NCBI GenBank assembly: GCA_963662665.2
Contig: CAXXJS010000057.1
Location: 1-54,361, forward strand
Length of the DNA: 54,361 nt
From: Candidatus Latescibacterota bacterium
GTDB lineage: Bacteria > Latescibacterota > UBA2968 > GCA-2709665
Reading direction: 5' to 3'
Below are positions 48,451-54,361 of the stretch, piece after piece. The notes under the pieces were generated by a model that was not told the origin of the DNA, made no database searches, and worked only from the letters and a program-made list of their open reading frames with translations. Made by a program: the position numbers and the translations under genes. Position 1 is the first letter of the stretch. Each line of letters opens with the position of its first letter.

Positions 48451-49040
48451 CGTACGGAAGAAAGCATCCGTCGTAGCGTCAATGCAAAGACGTGCATACC
48501 AGGATTGTCTGGAAGTTCGATGGCAGCGAGTGGCATGCGTGTGTCAATAGGCACTCGTTGTATCCAGATGCCATAGTCAACGCCGAGCCGATCTGTATAA
48601 ACGTGACGAGTGGGACAGTGAACTCCTGAGCACCTTACCGCGACCCTTTCTCCGTATTGAAGGCGGTTGCCCTTATGCCACGAGCTCAGCCCGACAAGAG
48701 AGCTTACCCTACACCCATCAGCAGTGATAAACGAAACGTTGTCCTCGAAGTCTCGTTCAGCTGCCCCAAGAACGTATAATGTGTCGTACGTGTCTTCAGG
48801 AATCGCGATATGTTGACCTTCCATAGAGACGTTGTTGTTCATGCCGTCTCTCTTATCGGGAAATCGAAACACAATACCATCGCAATCGAACAGCGAATTC
48901 GAACTGGGCAGGTCCTCTTCCGGGTAAGTTTGGCCAATGCCGTTGAAGTCACCGTCCGTACGATCGGAATCTGAAGACACGGCATCACTATTGTAGTAAC
49001 GGCGGAGATCTACCATATGATATACGTCAATTTTGCCCAT
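48435..49040 (-). CDS. Hypothetical protein, possible carbohydrate-binding beta-sandwich
   Basis: 201 aa, lower GC than the flanks, AGAGG RBS. DGDFNG.G.TYP, NNV...GQ.I, LYVLGAA and IELPDN..MHVFALTL resemble accessory domains of glycoside hydrolases. Confidence 0.55.
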   Translation of the reverse strand: MGKIDVYHMVDLRRYYNSDAVSSDSDRTDGDFNGIGQTYPEEDLPSSNSLFDCDGIVFRFPDKRDGMNNNVSMEGQHIAIPEDTYDTLYVLGAAERDFEDNVSFITADGCRVSSLVGLSSWHKGNRLQYGERVAVRCSGVHCPTRHVYTDRLGVDYGIWIQRVPIDTRMPLAAIELPDNPGMHVFALTLRRMLSSVRANIE

Positions 49041-49337
49041 ATTTGCCTCTGGATAGGTTCTTGTTCATGGATTGTTGGAAGTTACAGGGGTTATTCACTC
49101 GGATGGCGACAGATTCTCGACCCTTTAGTAACTTGATATTTATTGAAACTGTCCAATGTTCTCTCTACGAACTTCTCGCGCCCATCGGAAATGGAGAGAA
49201 CCACGGGACGCGGTCGTCCTCGGAAGCCCATTGTGTCGTCTGACCAGGTCCGTGAGGAATTTTTCTCACTATAAAGTTCTCGTACGTTGCCGCATCGTCT
49301 CGTGTGAAGGGCTAGGATTGTCGTGCTGAGCGCCTAA

Positions 49338-50890
49338 CCTTAATTCCGCAAAAATCAGGCGGCGTTGCGTAGGAAGTTGAAGATTTTTCGGTATTGTTTT
49401 TCGGTGTGTTTGTTGGGTTGCAGGCGCAGGGTAAGCCGCCCCTGGAGTCGTAGGAGGAAGCCGGCACGATTGATGAGTTCGAAGCGCAGGGTGCGTATGG
49501 ATTTGAGTGGCCATCGGTTAGTGATTTTCCAGGTGTGATTGCGTTTTGTCAACCCGGTTTCGATCTGGAAGTTGGTCAGGAGGTTGTGGGCGAGAATGAC
49601 GAACTGTTGCCAGGCACTATTGGCGTTGTAATCGTTTGTGGGAATGGTATCGAAACCGAGTCCGGTCTTGAGTTCACCGAGGGCTTTTTCGTGCATGCCA
49701 CGGCCTGCCATAAAGCGCCAGAGCGCGCGCACCTTGAGGGATAGATTGGTGGCCACCGCAGAATATTCGAAGGTACCGTCATCGGGGTCGAACAGGTCCA
49801 ATTGGTAGTTCTTGCGGGTGGGATGCATCACGCGTTTTCGAAAAATGACGATGTTGAACGTGCGTTTCCATTTTTTGACCGTCAGCGTCGACGTGAAGCC
49901 ATCGACGCCCTTCTCGACGCGTTGCCATTGGGTGCATTCACGGATTTTCCGCTGCATGTCCAGACCTTTCCAGAAGGGCACCTTGATGGCGTAGAAAGCC
50001 TTGTTCTTGTCGAGCGTTTTAACCACATCCTGTTTGAAAAAGTCACCATCCATACGGAATCGCAGCGTGTAGGCGTTCCCCAGGCGCTGTTTGACCTGGG
50101 TAAACACGTCCCGTAGAAACGGGAGGGAGGCGCTGCCATCGTTGACGTTGCCGGGCCGGTTGTGTACGCCCAGGAAATGACCACTGTCGGCCAGGTAGGC
50201 GGTGATGGGATAGTAACTGGGCACTTTGCGATGATGCGGATTATACCCACGGCGGGCACCGCCGACGCGTTTTCCCGTGCACAATACAGTGCCGTCCACG
50301 TCGATCGTCAGCTTTCGGGCGCACAACAGATGGATCTTATGGGCAACAACGTCGGCGTTGAGGGCTTTCAGGGCGTTGAGACCCTTGTCGGTAAACCGTC
50401 TCAGAAACGTGCTCATGCTGCGGGGGGTCGGTAGATCCGTCAGACCGCAAAACCGCTGCAGCAGGGGATCTCCCTTTAAGAAATCCAGATGTCGCAACCG
50501 ACACCCGCCCACCCACAGCAAACCCAACAGAACACGGCACAGGCTCACCACACCGAAGTCGCCGCCAAAGCCCACACTGCCCAGGTGGCGGCGCAATTGC
50601 CTGTTCCAATCCACGTTTCGCAAATATCGCATCAACAGTTCCAAACCCGCATACGAGGTGAGGCCCTCACCCGTGAATTCCATCTTCAAATTGTCGTTGA
50701 CACGCGCGTGCAAATCCGCTTTCTTTCGTCTCACTGTACGTGGCCTTTCGTTTTGGGTTAATTGGGGGTTTCGACGCTTTCCAATATACCCAAATGGAAG
50801 GCCTTTTCCTATTGAAAAATATAGACTTACTCGCCTTTTTGCTTAATATTCAATACACGGAAATTCATCAATATTATTTTCGCATTGAGG
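49338..50890 (-). mobile_element. IS1380-family insertion sequence (1553 bp) with 4-bp CTAA target duplication
   Basis: Ends CCTTAATTCCGCAAAA and (reverse complement) CCTCAATGCGAAAA. CTAA at 49334-49337 and 50891-50894. Confidence 0.85.
49355..50734 (-). CDS. IS1380-family DDE transposase
   Basis: LTSYAGL, IDVDGT, GYNP...SYYP, RPGN, RMDGDF, RG.HEK...ELK and NSAW. Uninterrupted 459 aa. Confidence 0.92.
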   Translation of the reverse strand: MRRKKADLHARVNDNLKMEFTGEGLTSYAGLELLMRYLRNVDWNRQLRRHLGSVGFGGDFGVVSLCRVLLGLLWVGGCRLRHLDFLKGDPLLQRFCGLTDLPTPRSMSTFLRRFTDKGLNALKALNADVVAHKIHLLCARKLTIDVDGTVLCTGKRVGGARRGYNPHHRKVPSYYPITAYLADSGHFLGVHNRPGNVNDGSASLPFLRDVFTQVKQRLGNAYTLRFRMDGDFFKQDVVKTLDKNKAFYAIKVPFWKGLDMQRKIRECTQWQRVEKGVDGFTSTLTVKKWKRTFNIVIFRKRVMHPTRKNYQLDLFDPDDGTFEYSAVATNLSLKVRALWRFMAGRGMHEKALGELKTGLGFDTIPTNDYNANSAWQQFVILAHNLLTNFQIETGLTKRNHTWKITNRWPLKSIRTLRFELINRAGFLLRLQGRLTLRLQPNKHTEKQYRKIFNFLRNAA

Positions 50891-50946
50891 CTAATCCTGC
50901 CCATCCTGTCTAACCAGGTAAGTTTGAGTATTGTGATCAAAAGAGG

Positions 50947-53463
50947 TTATCGTATGGCAAACGAAACCTCGGACGATGCATGGCTTCCCGCGATCTCATC
51001 CGAAACCTTAACGATCAACAACTGATGCCCCGGATCGGTTTTCGACATATCCAGTTCCAGGTATCCGTACTCATCGGCTCTGTCTCCCTCGTGCGCGTAC
51101 TCCACGTTCACGACCTCAGCCTTTCTGTCGATGCCGACCAACCTGCCAAGCGCCTTCAGGATCTTCACCGCTACGTTACCTTTATTGAGCGAATGCAGTT
51201 CGTACAATACCCGGTACCTTGTCCTGCCGAACTCGTCCTTCGTCAGGTTGTAGACTTCGTAATAGACAAACACCGGCTGTCCCACGAAATAGAACAGACT
51301 CGGATTAGGCACCACCTCGACCTCACCTTTTGTGAATTTGCTGCCACGGCTTGGACGAATCAACGAGGCCATCTCAATATCACTCACCTTCAGCGAGTCA
51401 TCGCCATATGGATGCAGCACCACTTCGCGGTTGTAGACCTGAGACTTTTCCGACGACGTGTCCAGAATCTGCACGGATAGCCGATAGGTACCGGGCGCCG
51501 CGGTGATACGGTCCATTGCCGGCACAAATGCGATCTGGGTGGTATCAATCGGTCCCGACGTGTACAGCTCCATATCCTCGCTCGACCGATACACCGGCTT
51601 GTTATCCTCGTCGTGCAGCGCCAGGCCCCGCTTCAAGTATGCCGTCAGCCTTCCGTCGAGTCCTTCTTTGTAGTCAAGTTCACGCGTGGGAATACCATAG
51701 TACACCTCCAGTTTTGCCGAACGGTCATCTGCCTTGAATCGAGCTGCGTCATAGAAGAAATCGAGGGGGGCAGTGGCAAAGTCCTGTTCGTAAATCGCCG
51801 GCGTCTTGCGCGCCGCGCGTTGCATCACCAGACCGGGGTTCATTCGCTGCCATATCAAATTTGACTTGATCGAAGTATCGATCGAAGGATGAAGGATTTC
51901 ATCTGTTGGCTCGTCAGTCGACATCGAAGTATCTATCGAAGTATCGATCCAAGGATCAGGGATTTCATCCATTAGCCCGTCAGTCAACAAGGTGGTGCCG
52001 GGGTTTCGCCCTGTGATCTCGTCCACCCAGATAGCGGCGCCCGCATGCGGCACCTCTGCGTACTTGTAGGCGCCTGGGCCTGGCCCGTGTTCCTGTACAA
52101 AAGTCACTTCCACGCCACCATCGACGTTCGGGTAAATCCAGTATTCCCAGACGCCTCGAACGGGGTATACCGGGTAACCAAGAATCGTAGATAGCGTCTG
52201 CTGGTCGTCCATACCCTTCTCTACTGATCCACTCATCGACCTGTAGAAGCTGACCATGCGCCGGTTCAGAAGGAGGTGAGGCAAGGCTTCGCCAGCCTGG
52301 TTCATCAGCCGGTCCTTAACTGCAAGAACCCTTGGGTCCGTCTCAAATCGGATGTTCTCCGACGCACTGATGTGATCGGGCCTTCCATAACGTACATACA
52401 CCTCCCCACGTACGTCCCAGGGGAATTCGTACTCGCTGAAATGCTCCCGTGCATACGCCACCCGGCGGCAGTGCTCTATCCACCGTTCGTTGGCCGCCGT
52501 CACCGGCGCAGGATCCCGAGGCGCCCAGAAAATTTCGGATTGCGCCTTGCGCTCTTCATCTGGCGTCGCCTGGAAGCGGGACAGTTCATCGCTGTTAACC
52601 ACCAGGCTTAGATCATAGTATAATGCCTGCTCGCCGGGTGGCAGACCCTCCAGGAAAGCATCCAGTATCGCATCAAACGGATCGTGGTCACGCGCATGCT
52701 GATACATCTCCGCCAGATCCAGGAACGCGCGCCGCTGATAGGCATTCGGCGTATCCACGACTGTCTTGAACATCGCCAACGCTTCATCCGTGCGTCCTTC
52801 TTCCTTCAACCACTGTGCAAGATAGGTCCGAGCCCCGAAATGTGCTCGATTCACCTGGAGTTGCCGGCGGAACGCTTCCTCTGCCTTTCGCGCATTTCGA
52901 AATCGACCCGCTCTTCCATCTTTGTAGATCCGACCAATCTGGAACCAGACATCGTGATGATCCGGGTCCACCTTAACGAGTTTCTTGTACGTGTCCAGTT
53001 CCCTCGAATTGCCAATTTCCTGGTACGATTGGGCCAGGTTGTAGTACGCTTCCACGTAACCTCGGTCAGCCCGAACGGCCCTTCGAAAATACTTGATTGC
53101 CCAATCCAGCATTTTCTCTGTATTGCGAAACACGAGACCCAGTCCGTTCAGGGCCGGTGCGAAGTTCTTCCGCTTTCGGAGGGCTTCTCGGAACGCTTTC
53201 TCGGCATCCTTCAGATTTCCCTTTTTCAGGTGGACATGGCCCAGCCCGACGTAAGAAGGCGCATGTTTCGAGTTGATCTCCAGTGCCGCCTGAAAACACC
53301 TCTCGGCATTCTCATATTTCCCGGATTCGAGATAGGCCAGCCCGGATTTATACGTGCTATCGACCCGTGAGATGTCCTTTGCAGTCGATCCTTCGGCCGG
53401 ACTTTCGCCCAAACAAACGACAATCGTGATCGATGCAATCAAATAGTGCTTGAACCAGTACAT
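50947..53463 (-). CDS. TPR + GWxTD-like domain protein, paralog 3
   Basis: N-terminal signal-like segment, TPRs, FWAPRDPAPVTAANERWIEHCRRVAYAREHF, PWDVRGEVYVRYGRPD, WEYWIY and two Ig-like domains. GGGAGG RBS. Confidence 0.85.
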   Translation of the reverse strand: MYWFKHYLIASITIVVCLGESPAEGSTAKDISRVDSTYKSGLAYLESGKYENAERCFQAALEINSKHAPSYVGLGHVHLKKGNLKDAEKAFREALRKRKNFAPALNGLGLVFRNTEKMLDWAIKYFRRAVRADRGYVEAYYNLAQSYQEIGNSRELDTYKKLVKVDPDHHDVWFQIGRIYKDGRAGRFRNARKAEEAFRRQLQVNRAHFGARTYLAQWLKEEGRTDEALAMFKTVVDTPNAYQRRAFLDLAEMYQHARDHDPFDAILDAFLEGLPPGEQALYYDLSLVVNSDELSRFQATPDEERKAQSEIFWAPRDPAPVTAANERWIEHCRRVAYAREHFSEYEFPWDVRGEVYVRYGRPDHISASENIRFETDPRVLAVKDRLMNQAGEALPHLLLNRRMVSFYRSMSGSVEKGMDDQQTLSTILGYPVYPVRGVWEYWIYPNVDGGVEVTFVQEHGPGPGAYKYAEVPHAGAAIWVDEITGRNPGTTLLTDGLMDEIPDPWIDTSIDTSMSTDEPTDEILHPSIDTSIKSNLIWQRMNPGLVMQRAARKTPAIYEQDFATAPLDFFYDAARFKADDRSAKLEVYYGIPTRELDYKEGLDGRLTAYLKRGLALHDEDNKPVYRSSEDMELYTSGPIDTTQIAFVPAMDRITAAPGTYRLSVQILDTSSEKSQVYNREVVLHPYGDDSLKVSDIEMASLIRPSRGSKFTKGEVEVVPNPSLFYFVGQPVFVYYEVYNLTKDEFGRTRYRVLYELHSLNKGNVAVKILKALGRLVGIDRKAEVVNVEYAHEGDRADEYGYLELDMSKTDPGHQLLIVKVSDEIAGSHASSEVSFAIR
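51869..51988. repeat. In-frame internal duplication within GWxTD paralog 3
   Basis: Two about 54-bp copies (51869-51922 and 51935-51988) separated by an extra 12-bp ATCGAAGTATCT unit. Confidence 0.8.
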
Positions 53464-53478
53464 ATGGAACCCTCCCCT

Positions 53479-54361
53479 GAGATATTGTCAAATGTTGTGG
53501 ATTACGACGAGCGCATCCTGGTGGATTAAGCGGGGGCTTTGATGTCTCCGTCCTGGAATTCGACGCCCTGGACGATGAGTTCAATGAGTTTGTGACCGTG
53601 TAGTCTTTGCCAGTGTTTTTGGGCTTGGTCTGCCAGTTTGTAGACCATCATCATCGTGGCGTTTCGGGAGCCACATCCTTTGGTCTGTCGTGTGCGGTGG
53701 CGAACGGTGCTGAAGGTGGATTCGATGGGATTGGTGGACCGTAGGTGTCGCCAGTGGGCAGCCGGGAAGTCGTAAAACGCGAACAGCACGTCCTTGTCTT
53801 TTTCCAGGCACGCACACGCTTTGGGGTATTTGGGTTCATACAGGGACAGGAAGTCCTCGTAGGCGTTCAGGGCATCCTGTCGGGTGGGTGACAGATATAT
53901 CTGGTGGAGGCGCGCTTTGGCCTGCGCCTGGATCGTTTTGGGGAGGTTATCCAGCACGTTGGCACTCTTATGCACCCAGCAGCGCTGATGATGGGTTTGC
54001 GGGAAGACTTCCTCCAGTGCCGCCCAGAACCCCAGACCCCCATCGCCAATGGCCAGAGCGCTTCCTTCAACCCTCGCCTTTTCAGATCCGTCAGCACGCC
54101 CTGCCAGGACAGCTTGCTTTCTCGATGCCCGTCTTCTATGGCCAAAAGCTCCTTTCGGCCGTCCCTGGTGGCGCCGATGAGGACTAAGACACAGGGACGG
54201 TCCGGTTCCAGCCGCACCTGGAAATAGATGCCATCAGCCCACACATACACGTAGTGTTTATCCGAAAGATCCCGATGACGCCACGCCTCATATTCCTGTT
54301 CCCAAATCTGTTTGAGACGAACCACGTTGGCGGGTGACAATCCAGGGGCCTGCTCGCCCAG
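53479..54361 (-). mobile_element. IS256-family insertion sequence (right part; continues beyond the window)
   Basis: Terminal repeat GAGATATTGTCAAATGTTGTGG at 53479, downstream of the transposase stop. Confidence 0.8.
53526..54361 (-). pseudogene. IS256-family transposase with a frameshift near 54056
   Basis: YVYVWADGIY...GRKELLAI.DG.RES..SW in one frame; LAIGDG.LGFWAALEEV...QRCWVHK...RSTNPIESTF in another. Confidence 0.85.

Noticed and set aside
49090-49232. Small minus-strand ORF (about 46 aa) between IS1380 and the 201-aa gene
   Set aside because: No convincing RBS and no recognisable motif.

Overview
GC-rich bacterial chromosomal window of about 54 kb. The gene content (PorV-like barrel, T9SS-type C-terminal domain, GWxTD proteins, many orphan catabolic enzymes) suggests an FCB-superphylum organism such as Latescibacterota or Gemmatimonadota; this is inference only. 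The left 23 kb holds housekeeping genes (mazG, purB, NUDIX, arsC) mixed with catabolic clusters of unknown substrate: enolase-family dehydratase, sulfatase-like enzyme, two HpcH aldolases, PhyH dioxygenase, two cysteine hydrolases, M20 amidohydrolase, beta-helix proteins, a WD40 protein and CocE. A hicAB toxin-antitoxin pair sits at 23.3 kb. The right 30 kb is entirely minus-strand and envelope related. It has three paralogous TPR + GWxTD-like proteins, an OMP / TonB-dependent receptor / T9SS-cargo / PorV-like cassette, three predicted GT-C membrane glycosyltransferases (one TMTC-like) and a second OMP barrel. The last 6.5 kb is an IS hotspot: an IS3 remnant, an intact IS1380 with a CTAA target duplication, and a frameshifted IS256. 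The best candidate for an undescribed system is the GWxTD + T9SS-like + GT-C envelope locus. No rRNA, tRNA or CRISPR array was recognised. All family calls come from motif recognition by eye, not from database searches.
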